Positions 10,428 through 21,492 are shown, numbered from the stretch's first letter. The stretch is 42,219 nt of DNA from Planctomycetes bacterium UBA1146 (GCA_002311345.1 DCAA01000006.1:142808-185026); one strand, 5' to 3'. Translations and numbers: made by a program. Notes: generated by a model from the letters alone, not told the origin.

Positions 10428-11177
10428 ATGGCATTAAAACCGCGCGATACCGAGGTGCCTGGTTGGATCATCGCCGTGATCATCGTGGTGAATCTGTTCT
10501 TGCTGGTGCCGCCGGTGCTGGTCGCCAAGGCCCGGTTCGCGACATCCAGATCCACTCGTCTCCATCTCTTCTATGACATGGATCAGCAGAAAAAGTTCAA
10601 GGAGCAGTCTGCGAACCCGCTCTTTGCGGATGGCCGTTCGATGCGTCTTCCCGTCGCTGGAACGGTGGCCAGGGGAGAACTGAACGCGGACGAGCATTAC
10701 TACTGGGGCACCCAGGACGGGGAATGGGCCAAGGATTTTCCACCCCAGATCGAGGTCAACTCGGCACTGCTCGAACGAGGTGCGCAGAGGTTTGCAATCT
10801 ATTGCACTCCCTGTCACGGTCTTTCCGGGCACGGAGATGGAATGGTGCCGCGTCGGTCCGCTGCATCCGATTATGGCGCCTGGCTGGTTGCCGATCTTTC
10901 CTCGGAGAAGGCACTGGCTCACCCCATCGGTGAAATTTTCAACATCACCGGTTACGGATTCAACACGATGCCCGGCTATCGATCCCAGGTTTCACCGGAA
11001 GATCGCTGGGCCCTCGTCGCTCACGTGAAGGCGTTGCAGTTCAGCCAATCGGTGGATATTGCCGAAATCCCCCGACAGGAACGCCAACGTCTCGAGCAAC
11101 TACCAGTCCCCGCCAAAGATGACTCAGGATCGACTCCTGTCAAAGAATCCGGGACCGATTCCCGGCAGGGGAGGTAG
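10428..11177 (+). CDS. actE: Alternative complex III ActE monoheme cytochrome c
   Basis: DMDQQKK, FADGRSMRLPVAGTVARG, a single CTPCH, MPGY..Q..EDRWA. Confidence 0.9.
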   Translation: MALKPRDTEVPGWIIAVIIVVNLFLLVPPVLVAKARFATSRSTRLHLFYDMDQQKKFKEQSANPLFADGRSMRLPVAGTVARGELNADEHYYWGTQDGEWAKDFPPQIEVNSALLERGAQRFAIYCTPCHGLSGHGDGMVPRRSAASDYGAWLVADLSSEKALAHPIGEIFNITGYGFNTMPGYRSQVSPEDRWALVAHVKALQFSQSVDIAEIPRQERQRLEQLPVPAKDDSGSTPVKESGTDSRQGR

Positions 11178-11182
11178 CACAG

Positions 11183-12541
11183 ATGGGACACGGTTCCACC
11201 ATCGACCTCAGCACCGAGAATAGAACCCTCGGGAGTCTCTCCGGCAAGTTGATAGGCTTCGGAGCCGTGCTGGCGGCGTTTGGTCTCGTCGGTACCTTGT
11301 TGCTCGGGATGCTCGAGGGGGCGTTCGACGAGGCACCAGCGCAGTCGCATGAATCCGCTGCTTCTCACGGCCAGTCTGATCCAGGCACTGCCCCTTCCGC
11401 AGCTCAACAACAGCACCCCGCAGCGCAAGAGAAGCATCATGAAGTGATTCATGGGTTCGTTACTGAATGGAGCATCTGGCATCCGTACCTGGTCAGTGTC
11501 TGCTTCTTTCTCACCGTGACTCTCGGGGCACTCTTCTTCGTGCTGACCCATCACGTCACAAATGCCGGATGGAGTACGGTTGTTCGGAGGATTGCCGAGG
11601 GGGTTTCGAGGAACGTCGTGTTGATGGCACTCATCTTGATCCCGATCGTGACACCCGGGCCGATGGGTCAACTTTACAAGTGGTTCCAGCCAGATCCCTC
11701 GGACGAGATCATCGCGGTGAAGGCATCGTATCTGGACTATGACTGGTTCCTGGTGCGCCTCGGTTGTTACTTCCTCATCTGGACGATTCTAGCCTGGGGA
11801 TACCATCGATCTTCGGTTGCCCAGGACCAGGACGGGGATGTCAGGCGCACCTCGAGGATGTCCAGTTTCAGCCCGCTGGGAGTTCTGCTCTTTGCTCTGA
11901 GTATCACCTTTGCGGCCTACGATCTCTTGATGAGTCTCGACGCCCACTGGTTCAGTACCATCTTCGGAGTCTACATCTTCGCAGGTAGTGTGCTCTCCTT
12001 CCATGCGCTGCTGGCTTTGCTGATCGTCTGGCTGCAGGCGAATGGTCGCTTGACGCGAGCCATCACCGATGACCACATGCAGGACATCGGCAAGATGATG
12101 TTCGCCTTCACCGTTTTCTGGGCCTACATCGCGTTCAGCCAGTACATGCTTCTGTGGTACGCGAACATCCCGGAAGAAACGATCTGGTTCTTGCGTCGAC
12201 AGAGTACATGGATGTGGGGATTCTGGGGCTGGATGCTCATCATCGGCCGTTTTTTCGTCCCCTTCCTGTTCCTGATGTCGAGACACATAAAGCGCAAGCG
12301 TTTGACCATCACCATCGGTGCGCTGTGGATGCTCGCGATGCAGTGGGCTGATATGTATTACCTGGTGATGCCGCAGATTTCCAATGGCCAGCAATTCCCC
12401 TTCAAGATGGTCGATGTCACCATCGTTCTCGGAATGGCGGGCGTGTACATCATCGGCCTGGCGCTCTCACTCAGAGGGCATTCATTGATCGCAGAGCGAG
12501 ATCCGCGGATGCCGGAGTCGCTGGCATTCGAGAATGCTTAG
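11183..12541 (+). CDS. actF: Alternative complex III ActF membrane subunit
   Basis: AGWSTVVRR, DLLMSLDAHWFSTIFG, DIGKMMFAF..FWAYIAFSQYMLLWYANIPEET; about 10 TM helices. Confidence 0.92.
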   Translation: MGHGSTIDLSTENRTLGSLSGKLIGFGAVLAAFGLVGTLLLGMLEGAFDEAPAQSHESAASHGQSDPGTAPSAAQQQHPAAQEKHHEVIHGFVTEWSIWHPYLVSVCFFLTVTLGALFFVLTHHVTNAGWSTVVRRIAEGVSRNVVLMALILIPIVTPGPMGQLYKWFQPDPSDEIIAVKASYLDYDWFLVRLGCYFLIWTILAWGYHRSSVAQDQDGDVRRTSRMSSFSPLGVLLFALSITFAAYDLLMSLDAHWFSTIFGVYIFAGSVLSFHALLALLIVWLQANGRLTRAITDDHMQDIGKMMFAFTVFWAYIAFSQYMLLWYANIPEETIWFLRRQSTWMWGFWGWMLIIGRFFVPFLFLMSRHIKRKRLTITIGALWMLAMQWADMYYLVMPQISNGQQFPFKMVDVTIVLGMAGVYIIGLALSLRGHSLIAERDPRMPESLAFENA

Positions 12542-12554
12542 AAAGGAGTCCGAA

Positions 12555-12887
12555 GTGAGTCAAGAAGAAATCACGACTGTCGAGATCGCTCCCGGCTCCG
12601 ATGACGATCCGAGTGTGGCTCCGACCTGGTATGGAGCAGTGATCTTCCTGATCGTGTTCCTCTTCACCGTCTACTTGCTCGTGTTCCTTTCCGATCGTGA
12701 GAAGGAACTCGTATTCGATGACTCGATTCGAAGAGAAAACCGCTCGCTTCATGAAGTGCGAATATTGCAGAATTCACAACTCGACTTTTACACCTGGACC
12801 GACAGGGAGAACAACAGGGTTTCCGTGCCTCTGGAGCAGGGTCGCCAGGAGGTTCTCAGGAGGTTCGGGAATACCTCAGAGCGTTAG
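12555..12887 (+). CDS. actG: Small single-TM protein, probable ActG
   Basis: GTG with AGGAG RBS; one TM helix; QLDFYTWTDRENNRVSVPLEQG resembles the ActG-like L..Y.W.D...G.V.IPI..A motif; lies between actF and SCO. Confidence 0.65.
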   Translation: MSQEEITTVEIAPGSDDDPSVAPTWYGAVIFLIVFLFTVYLLVFLSDREKELVFDDSIRRENRSLHEVRILQNSQLDFYTWTDRENNRVSVPLEQGRQEVLRRFGNTSER

Positions 12888-12891
12888 AGAG

Positions 12892-13863
12892 ATGGCAATG
12901 TTGATCAGCAACCAGAACTCGAAAACGATCGATTCTGCCCGGTTCTTGCCGGGGAGTTGCTCGTTGCGATGGGTGTTGTGCCTGTTGCTGTTTTTCCCCA
13001 TCTCGCTTCCGGGACAGATGCCACCGGTCGCACCTGGAGAATACGTAAATCCAGAACTCGATCCTGTACTTCGGTCCATCGATGGGTTGACGATTCATGA
13101 CCGACTCGGTCATCGATTGCCTTTCGAACGGGCGGTCCGGCTCGAGTCTGGAGAGCGAGTGGCTCTCGGGAAACTGTTCGAAACCAATCGGCCGGTGATC
13201 CTGAACCCGGTCTACTTCTCCTGTCCGATGCTGTGCAATCTGGTGGTGGAAGGTCTGATCGACTCCGTTGCTGCTTGCGGACTGAAAATCGGCGAGGACT
13301 TCGATGTGATCACCATCAGCATCGATCCCCGAGATTCCGCCGCCGATGCACGCAATCGAGAGAACTTGCTGGTTGAGGCGCTGCAGGAGGCTGCAATCCT
13401 CTCCGGATCGGATGTATCCGGTGCCCGTGAGGGATGGAGTTTCCTGACCGGGAAACAATCAGATTTGAAGGCGATCGCCGACTCGGTGGGATTCGATTAC
13501 CGCTGGAACGATTACAACAAAGAGTATGCCCATGGATCTGGAATCTTCATCCTGAGTCCGGATGGCATCCTGACCCAGACCATCAAGGGGATCAGTTACG
13601 AGCCACAAACTCTTCGTCTCGCACTGGTCGAGGCTTCCGATGGCAAGATCGGAAGTTGGCTCGATGGCATCGTCCTCACCTGTTTTGTTTACGACCCTTC
13701 CAAGGCCCAGTACGGACCCGCTGCGCTCAAGATGATGCGCCTGGGTGGAATACTGGCAATGGTGGGATTGGCTGGTTTCTTGTACCTCCTGTGGCGAAGA
13801 GGCCCTCGAGTTGTAGATCCGGTGATCTCGGCCAAACCACCAGGAGAGCAGTTGCCGTCATGA
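12892..13863 (+). CDS. SCO1/SenC-family copper chaperone
   Basis: YFSCPMLC (CxxxC), ISIDP, YAHGSG; C-terminal CFVYDP followed by a TM helix; directly upstream of coxB. Confidence 0.9.
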   Translation: MAMLISNQNSKTIDSARFLPGSCSLRWVLCLLLFFPISLPGQMPPVAPGEYVNPELDPVLRSIDGLTIHDRLGHRLPFERAVRLESGERVALGKLFETNRPVILNPVYFSCPMLCNLVVEGLIDSVAACGLKIGEDFDVITISIDPRDSAADARNRENLLVEALQEAAILSGSDVSGAREGWSFLTGKQSDLKAIADSVGFDYRWNDYNKEYAHGSGIFILSPDGILTQTIKGISYEPQTLRLALVEASDGKIGSWLDGIVLTCFVYDPSKAQYGPAALKMMRLGGILAMVGLAGFLYLLWRRGPRVVDPVISAKPPGEQLPS

Positions 13864-14972
13864 ATTCCCTGTTCACGATGCTGGCTCAGAGCAAACCGAC
13901 TTTCTGGCTTCCGAAGCCGGTTTCCAACTTTGCTGGACCGGTCGACGGTGACTTCTACTTCGTCTACTGGGTTTCCATGTTCTTCCTGGTGCTGATCACG
14001 GCGTTGCTGGTGTATTTCATGTGGAAGTTCCGGACTCCTCCGGGAGCACATGCTCAGAGCCAGACGGACCATCACCTGATGCTGGAGGTGGTGTGGACCG
14101 TGATCCCCCTGATTCTTTCGCTGATGATGTTCTGGTACGGGTATCGAGGATACGTGGCGATGCAGACCGCTCCTTCTGATGGAATCTCGATCATCGCAGA
14201 AGCTCAGAAATGGGCCTGGAACTTCTCTTATGCTTCCAATGGCGCAGTGATTCCCGGAATGTCCGACGACTTCAACGATGTGCGTGAGAAAGTTCGATCC
14301 GGCGAGTTCACTGCCGATGAAGCAGCCGCTGCCGAGGACAAGATCCTCGAGAAGGCAGGTCTCCATGTCCCGATGGGAGTGCCCATCGACATCACAGTGA
14401 TGGCTGCAGATGTTCTTCATGCCTTTTACATTCCCGCGTTTCGGGTCAAGAAAGACTGTGTTCCTGGAAGAACAGGCAAGGTGTGGTTCATCGCCAACGA
14501 AGCGGGGATCTACGACCTCTATTGTGCGGAGTACTGTGGGCAGGGTCACTCGAAGATGCACACCAAGGTCGTGGTCCACGAAACGGTCGAGGAGTACGAG
14601 AAATGGCTCGAAATTGCCGGTTCGTATGACGAGACGCTGCCGTTCGATCAAAACGGTGCGATCGTCTGGAAACGGCGGGGGTGCATCTCCTGCCATAGCG
14701 TCGATGGTTCCAAGAAGGTAGGTCCGTCCTGGAAGGACATGTTCGGTTCGATGCGGAAATTTACGGCCATCGGGAGACCCGGGGAGTTGGTCGCCGATGA
14801 AGCCTACATCGAGGACTCGATCCGATATCCGATGAACCGGATCGCAGATGGCTATCCACCTCAGATGCCAGTGGTGAAACTCACCGAAAAAGAAATCCTC
14901 TGGGTCATCGAATACATCAAGTCCCTGGGACAGAACTCCGGGGGGGCACAGAATCCCCGGAAGGAGAACTAG
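13860..14972 (+). CDS. coxB: Cytochrome c oxidase subunit II with fused C-terminal cytochrome c (caa3 type)
   Basis: Two TM helices, [15 protein letters not shown], CuA motif [13 protein letters not shown]-terminal CISCH...M; ATGA overlap with SCO. Confidence 0.95.
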   Translation: MNSLFTMLAQSKPTFWLPKPVSNFAGPVDGDFYFVYWVSMFFLVLITALLVYFMWKFRTPPGAHAQSQTDHHLMLEVVWTVIPLILSLMMFWYGYRGYVAMQTAPSDGISIIAEAQKWAWNFSYASNGAVIPGMSDDFNDVREKVRSGEFTADEAAAAEDKILEKAGLHVPMGVPIDITVMAADVLHAFYIPAFRVKKDCVPGRTGKVWFIANEAGIYDLYCAEYCGQGHSKMHTKVVVHETVEEYEKWLEIAGSYDETLPFDQNGAIVWKRRGCISCHSVDGSKKVGPSWKDMFGSMRKFTAIGRPGELVADEAYIEDSIRYPMNRIADGYPPQMPVVKLTEKEILWVIEYIKSLGQNSGGAQNPRKEN

Positions 14973-14973
14973 C

Positions 14974-16695
<1,722 letters not shown>

Positions 16696-16719
16696 GGCTC
16701 CAGAAAGACGGGAGAACAG

Positions 16720-17700
16720 ATGAGCGGCGACGCACATCCGAACGAGTCGAAGCAGCAAGCCGGGCATGATGAAGATCATGCTGGCGGGCATGGTGATGGG
16801 CATGGTCACTCCCCGTACCAGGCGCACCACTTCGATACGATGAAGCAGCAGTTCGAGGCGGGGAAATTGGGGATGTGGCTTTTTTTGGCCACGGAGGTGC
16901 TGCTCTTTGGTGGGTTGTTCTGCTTCTACGTAGTCACCAAATCCAACAATCCAGAACTGTTCAAATGGGGTCACCACTTCCTCGATAAACGGTGGGGAGC
17001 GACCAATACGATGGTACTTCTGTTCTCCTCGTTGACGATGGCGTTGGCGGTCCGCGAGGCGCAACTGGGCAGAAAGAACCGGATCCTCTTCTTCCTGGGT
17101 TTGACCTTCCTGTGCGGGGGTGCCTTCATGGGGATCAAGTACGTCGAGTACTCCAAGAAGTTCCACGAGGGACTCTTCCCGGGGCAGTACTTCGTCTACG
17201 GAAATGTCATCGATTCCGAGGAGGCGCGTGTACATCAGCAGGAGGAGGATCTCCTCGCCCATGCGGATCTGGACTTGCCTGTTGCCTCGGTCGTGATCAC
17301 GGATCCCAAGACCAGGGGACTGGTTCTCCAGCCGGGACTTCCTCCATCAGGCCTGTCCTCTTCTGCTCGAGAAATTGAACATGGAGACGAGAGTTCCGGA
17401 GAGCATGAAGCCATCGATGGTGGGGATACTCCCGGGCTGGCCATTGCGCCATCACACTTGCCGCCAGGACCACGCCCTGCCAATGCGCATATCTTCTTCA
17501 GTATTTACTTCTGTCTCACAGGATTGCACGGGATTCACGTGTTGATCGGGATGGCAGTAATGGTGTGGTTGGCGGTTCTGGCGTGGCAGGGTCGTTTCGG
17601 ACCCGGCTACTTTACCCCCGTTGATCTCGGTGGACTCTACTGGCACCTGGTAGATCTGATCTGGATTTACCTGTTCCCATTGCTCTACCTGGTGGAATAG
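16720..17700 (+). CDS. ctaE: Cytochrome c oxidase subunit III
   Basis: KLGMWLFLATEVLLFGG, NT.VLL.SS.TM, TGLHGIHV, GLYWHLVDLIWIYLFPLLY. Confidence 0.93.
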   Translation: MSGDAHPNESKQQAGHDEDHAGGHGDGHGHSPYQAHHFDTMKQQFEAGKLGMWLFLATEVLLFGGLFCFYVVTKSNNPELFKWGHHFLDKRWGATNTMVLLFSSLTMALAVREAQLGRKNRILFFLGLTFLCGGAFMGIKYVEYSKKFHEGLFPGQYFVYGNVIDSEEARVHQQEEDLLAHADLDLPVASVVITDPKTRGLVLQPGLPPSGLSSSAREIEHGDESSGEHEAIDGGDTPGLAIAPSHLPPGPRPANAHIFFSIYFCLTGLHGIHVLIGMAVMVWLAVLAWQGRFGPGYFTPVDLGGLYWHLVDLIWIYLFPLLYLVE

Positions 17701-17708
17701 GAGCACCG

Positions 17709-18164
17709 TTGGATACCATCCTCGATAACGTCGATATTCTGATCCTGTCGGCAGCGTTCCTGAGCCTCATCGCCACCGGTGTGGTCTTCAACATCATGCG
17801 CAAAGAGGAGAGCCCGCATCCCGAGTTTGGACACATGACCGGGCCTACCTTGTTGCTGGTGATTCTGACGATGCTGCTGTTTTTGACCTGGTTGACAGTG
17901 GCGGTCTCGTATCTCGATCTGGGTGGATTGAACGTTGTGGTGGCGATGGGTGTGGCAACCATCAAGGGCAGCCTGGTGGCACTGTACTTCATGCACTTGC
18001 GCTGGGATCGTCCCTACAATGCGATCATCTTCGTTGCATCACTATTGTTCCTGGGGGTCTTCCTGGGTTTCGCCCTGCTAGATACTGCCGAATACAATCC
18101 GTCTCTGATCGATGATCCTTTCCTAAAGATTCCTGTCGAGCAATACGGGGCCGAACAGGGCTAG
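17709..18164 (+). CDS. Cytochrome c oxidase subunit IV (caa3-type)
   Basis: TTG start with AGGAG RBS; LT.LTVAV..LDLG, VATIKGSLVALYFMHLRWD. Confidence 0.88.
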   Translation: MDTILDNVDILILSAAFLSLIATGVVFNIMRKEESPHPEFGHMTGPTLLLVILTMLLFLTWLTVAVSYLDLGGLNVVVAMGVATIKGSLVALYFMHLRWDRPYNAIIFVASLLFLGVFLGFALLDTAEYNPSLIDDPFLKIPVEQYGAEQG

Positions 18165-18176
18165 TGCGGAGTTCGG

Positions 18177-18791
18177 GTGGCCTCGGGGCAATCAAGAACG
18201 GGGGAAGGGGATAAAGCATCGCGGCCCCCTCCTTCGCCATTGCTGGCTCGGATGGGAATGCAACTGTTCCTGATCTCGCTGGCGATTCTGTTCGTCTCCA
18301 GCATTGTCGCCATCGTCATCATCCGAAACAGTAACCCCAACTGGGGTATTGGTGCTCCGAGAATCCCTGACCTGGCCTGGCTCAGCACCGGAGTGTTGTT
18401 ATTGGTGAGCGTCTTTTCCCAGGCGGGACTGGCAGCGGTTTGTCGTGACTCGATCCGTTTCTTCCGCTTCTGCATGGTGCTGGTGCTGATACTGGGATTC
18501 CTGTTTTTATTTCTTCAGGAACAGGTGTGGCGGCAGATGCTGTCTGCTGGAGAAGAGAGTTCCTTCAGTGCTTCGAGCAGCCTTCATGGCTGGAGCATCT
18601 ACGTGCTGGGACTATTGCATGCTCTACACGTCGCCGGAGGTCTGATCTTTCAGGGATATGTGACCACACATACCCTGCGCGGAGGGTACTGGAGCCTCCA
18701 TTGCGAGGCGGTACGCCACGTGAATTTTTACTGGCACTTTCTCGATGCGGTGTGGATTGGGCTGTTCGCGTTCTTGCTATGGCTCGCCTAG
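18177..18791 (+). CDS. Second, divergent heme-copper oxidase subunit III-like protein
   Basis: GMQLFLISLAILF, STGVLLLVS, LHALHVAGG, YWHFLDAVW; 5 TM helices. Confidence 0.8.
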   Translation: MASGQSRTGEGDKASRPPPSPLLARMGMQLFLISLAILFVSSIVAIVIIRNSNPNWGIGAPRIPDLAWLSTGVLLLVSVFSQAGLAAVCRDSIRFFRFCMVLVLILGFLFLFLQEQVWRQMLSAGEESSFSASSSLHGWSIYVLGLLHALHVAGGLIFQGYVTTHTLRGGYWSLHCEAVRHVNFYWHFLDAVWIGLFAFLLWLA

Positions 18792-19792
18792 GGATCGAGC
18801 AACGGGATCTCCCGAGCATGAATCGCAAACCAGGATGTGATGACGTGGCCAACAGGATCCAGTGGTGATCCGGCCGGTTGAATCGAGGTGGGATCGGTCG
18901 GGATCCGTGCGCTCCATCGACCGCCCTGTCGCGTGACCACGACCCTCGACAGGTTGGCTCGGTCCCCTTCAGGCGGTCTCGGATCATACGGATAACGGGG
19001 TCGATCGACCAGTCGATAGGGGCTATAGGGCTCCTTCTTGTAGTAGCGTCGGTGGCTCTCGACCATTCCCAGTACGTCCGTTTCTGGATGGGATTGGCGC
19101 CAATTGGACCAACTGGTCAACTGAAACGGGATCAGATCCAACCATTCTCCTGCTCGATCTCCGGAGATGACTTTCCCGTCGGTTGGACTCCACAGGCTCT
19201 CGTGGGGCCGACCTCCCGGTCCGAGCCGTTCGTGGATGAGCATGCAACAATCCACTACCAGTCCGCTCGAGCCAAACATCAGCGGTTCGGAGTTGTCGGA
19301 AGCCGGTCTCCTGAAGACGGTGGTGGTCTCGGAGATCGGATGGTGGACGACGCAGATCGGTATTCCGCCAAACACGTCATTGACCACCTCGTGCCACTGA
19401 AGGACTCGCAGCGGATAAGCACGAGCCTTTCCATCGATGACGACCCCGATCACCTCACTCGTTGAGATGAGGAATCGGGTTCTGAAATTTTTACCCAGTT
19501 CGTCGACGGTGTCTGTGTCCCATATCGGGGGTTCATCGATGGGGAGCACTTCCTCGGGAGCTCCGAATCGAGTGAGGGTGGGGTCGGAACGCAGATCGGG
19601 AGTGAGTTTGAATCCGTTCGAGAAAGACGCATCCGGGCCGAGATTCTTGCGCTCCTCGATGGCGCGCATCAGTGGAGGGATTCGCCACACGAGCACTGCG
19701 GCGCACATCAGGACCAGCAATCCCATCAACCACAGCGGTGGCATCATGCGTGGACGACCAGAGCCAGGTTGCGACTCTTTTTCGAGGGCCAT
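18788..19792 (-). CDS. DUF3179-family membrane-anchored protein (Cys motif degenerate)
   Basis: PIDEP, VIGVVIDGKARAYPLRVLQWHEVVND, FGSSGL, ESLWSP..G..ISG..AG..L, TSWSNWRQSHPETDVL; N-terminal TM helix; TGATG coupling to ctaB. Confidence 0.78.
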   Translation of the reverse strand: MALEKESQPGSGRPRMMPPLWLMGLLVLMCAAVLVWRIPPLMRAIEERKNLGPDASFSNGFKLTPDLRSDPTLTRFGAPEEVLPIDEPPIWDTDTVDELGKNFRTRFLISTSEVIGVVIDGKARAYPLRVLQWHEVVNDVFGGIPICVVHHPISETTTVFRRPASDNSEPLMFGSSGLVVDCCMLIHERLGPGGRPHESLWSPTDGKVISGDRAGEWLDLIPFQLTSWSNWRQSHPETDVLGMVESHRRYYKKEPYSPYRLVDRPRYPYDPRPPEGDRANLSRVVVTRQGGRWSARIPTDPTSIQPAGSPLDPVGHVITSWFAIHAREIPLLDP

Positions 19793-20754
19793 CAGGAAAT
19801 ACTCGGGTTAGCGACAAGAGCGCCGAGAACCAGGGGAAGGTAGAGCAGACTGGCGAGGAATAGACTCCTTGCCGCAGAACGCCGGCGTGTTCGTGCCAGC
19901 GAGAAGGCACGATAGGTGAGGTAGGCACCGGCTGCTGTCGCCACCGCGAGGTATCCAGCTCCGGCGGCACCGACAAGGACCGGGATCAGGCTTACCGCCC
20001 ACAGCAGCAGCGACCAGATCAGGGCAATTCTGGCAGTGCGGTGTCCTTCGGGATCGATCACCGGGAGCATGCGGAAGCCTGCCCGTTCGTATTCCTCCCG
20101 ATGCATCCAGGCGATGGCGAGAAAGTGTGGGATCTGCCAGAAGAACAGAATTGCAAACAGCGACAGCCCGACTGGATGCTGGATGGGAGCACCGGTGCCA
20201 CACCAACCGATGAGCGGGGGTAAGGCTCCGGGGATCGCACCGAAAATGGTGTTGAGGGTCGATCTTTTCTTCATCGGTGTGTAGACGAGGATGTAGAGCA
20301 CCAAACTCAGTATTCCCAGTAGCGATGCCAGTCCATTTCCGCACAGGTAGAGAAGCAGGGTGCCGATCACTCCGGTGCTGATGGAGTAGGCCATGATGAC
20401 CTTGCCGCCGATGCGACCGGTGGCGGTCGCTCGAGAGGCGGTCCTGCGCATCAGTTGATCGGAAGCTCGTTCCCACCACTGGTTCAGAGCATTGGCGGCT
20501 GCCGCCAGCAGTGCAGTGCCCCCGGCCACTCCCAGCAACTGGATGAGCCGCTCGAGCATCTCCGGCGTGGTCAAACCGTACTGGGCTCGGGGAAGAAAGG
20601 GCCATGCAGCAGCGACACCGAGCGCCGCTGTGATGACGACCAGTAGCGTCAGTCGCGGCTTGGCGAGCTGGTACAGGTCGGAGGCCAGTCCGGGGACAGT
20701 TGGGCCCGTTATGCCTGAATTGTCGTGTTCTTCCGCCTGCGGCGATGGTGTCAC
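19792..20754 (-). CDS. ctaB: Protoheme IX farnesyltransferase (heme O synthase)
   Basis: LAKPRL, NALNQWWE..D.LM.RT..R, YT.MK+R, GAIPGALPPLIGW, FWQIPHF.A+AW.. EEY..AG..MLP. GTG at 20754 has a GAGGA RBS; the longer ORF to 21006 overlaps the divergent promoter region. Confidence 0.93.
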   Translation of the reverse strand: MTPSPQAEEHDNSGITGPTVPGLASDLYQLAKPRLTLLVVITAALGVAAAWPFLPRAQYGLTTPEMLERLIQLLGVAGGTALLAAAANALNQWWERASDQLMRRTASRATATGRIGGKVIMAYSISTGVIGTLLLYLCGNGLASLLGILSLVLYILVYTPMKKRSTLNTIFGAIPGALPPLIGWCGTGAPIQHPVGLSLFAILFFWQIPHFLAIAWMHREEYERAGFRMLPVIDPEGHRTARIALIWSLLLWAVSLIPVLVGAAGAGYLAVATAAGAYLTYRAFSLARTRRRSAARSLFLASLLYLPLVLGALVANPSIS

Positions 20755-20841
20755 ACCAACTCCTCTCCCGATCACTGCAACCCGGAGTGTAGGGGTAGAA
20801 GGAAGACACGACCACCGGAGCCGGGCAGTGGTCGGGATTGC

Positions 20842-20870
20842 TTGACGGGGGTGCTTCCAGTGGCGAGAAT
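20842..20870 (+). promoter_or_regulatory. Putative sigma70 promoter of the rrf2-suf operon
   Basis: TTGACG (20842-20847), 17 nt spacer, GAGAAT (20865-20870); about 115 nt upstream of the rrf2 start. Confidence 0.6.
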
Positions 20871-20872
20871 GC

Positions 20873-20897
20873 AATGAGGACCAAAATGGTACTGATT
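20873..20897. promoter_or_regulatory. Imperfect 25-bp palindrome, candidate Rrf2 operator
   Basis: AATGAGGACCA-AAA-TGGTACTGATT, with 9 of 11 arm positions complementary; overlaps the predicted transcription start. Confidence 0.6.
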
Positions 20898-20985
20898 CGT
20901 TGAAATGACGCATCAGGCCGCTTGAGAGCTTCTGTCGGGGATTAGAGCCTCTTTCCCTGCTTCCACTAGTGATGGGAGGCTGCCG

Positions 20986-21492
20986 GTGTTTCGGATCACC
21001 AAACAAACAGATTACGGAATTCTCATCCTCACCTCACTGGTGCAGGGATCGATGTCTCTGACTGCGGCAGATCGGGACGAGACTGAATCGACCCGTCTGC
21101 TGTCGGCTCCCGAGATCGCGGCCGTGACGGGACTTTCGTTACCCAATGTCAGCAAGATTCTCAAGGCGCTGGTTCGCGGTGGAGTTCTCGAGTCGCTCAG
21201 GGGTGTCCAGGGAGGATATCGACTCCTTCGGGATCCGCACTGGATCACGATTCAAGAGATCATCGAAGCTCTCGATGGGCCCATCTCGCTGACGCAGTGC
21301 GCCGATGCGGGACCCGACGAATGTGATGTCGGGAATTTCTGTCCGATGAGTGCCAACTGGCGCTACATCAACGATCGCGTCCGGGAAACGCTCGAGGGAA
21401 TCACGCTGGCACAGATTTCCGTACCGGGAGGGGTACTCGCCATGGTTGCAGGGCAAGAGTCAGAGGATCCGATGGAGGAAAGAGATGTCTGA
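20986..21492 (+). CDS. Rrf2-family SUF system transcriptional regulator
   Basis: [11 protein letters not shown], winged HTH with [29 protein letters not shown], three Cys (C-x7-C-x5-C); GGAGG RBS. Confidence 0.92.
   Translation: MFRITKQTDYGILILTSLVQGSMSLTAADRDETESTRLLSAPEIAAVTGLSLPNVSKILKALVRGGVLESLRGVQGGYRLLRDPHWITIQEIIEALDGPISLTQCADAGPDECDVGNFCPMSANWRYINDRVRETLEGITLAQISVPGGVLAMVAGQESEDPMEERDV

Noticed and set aside
8453-10555. 700 aa antisense ORF (similarly 1552-2655, 7212-8240, 13689-14975, 36019-37233)
   Set aside because: These are shadow ORFs opposite well-conserved genes, expected from high-GC codon bias, and have no recognisable motifs.
18788-18791. Shared CTAG stop overlap of convergent genes as a regulatory device
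   Set aside because: This is a common result of compact gene packing, and there is no further evidence.
20755-21006. Long N-terminal ORF extensions (ctaB, and likewise actC, SCO, coxB, sufB, M14, aroA, der, ruvC)
   Set aside because: They overlap neighbouring genes or promoters and lack family similarity. Downstream starts with an RBS or stop/start coupling fit better.
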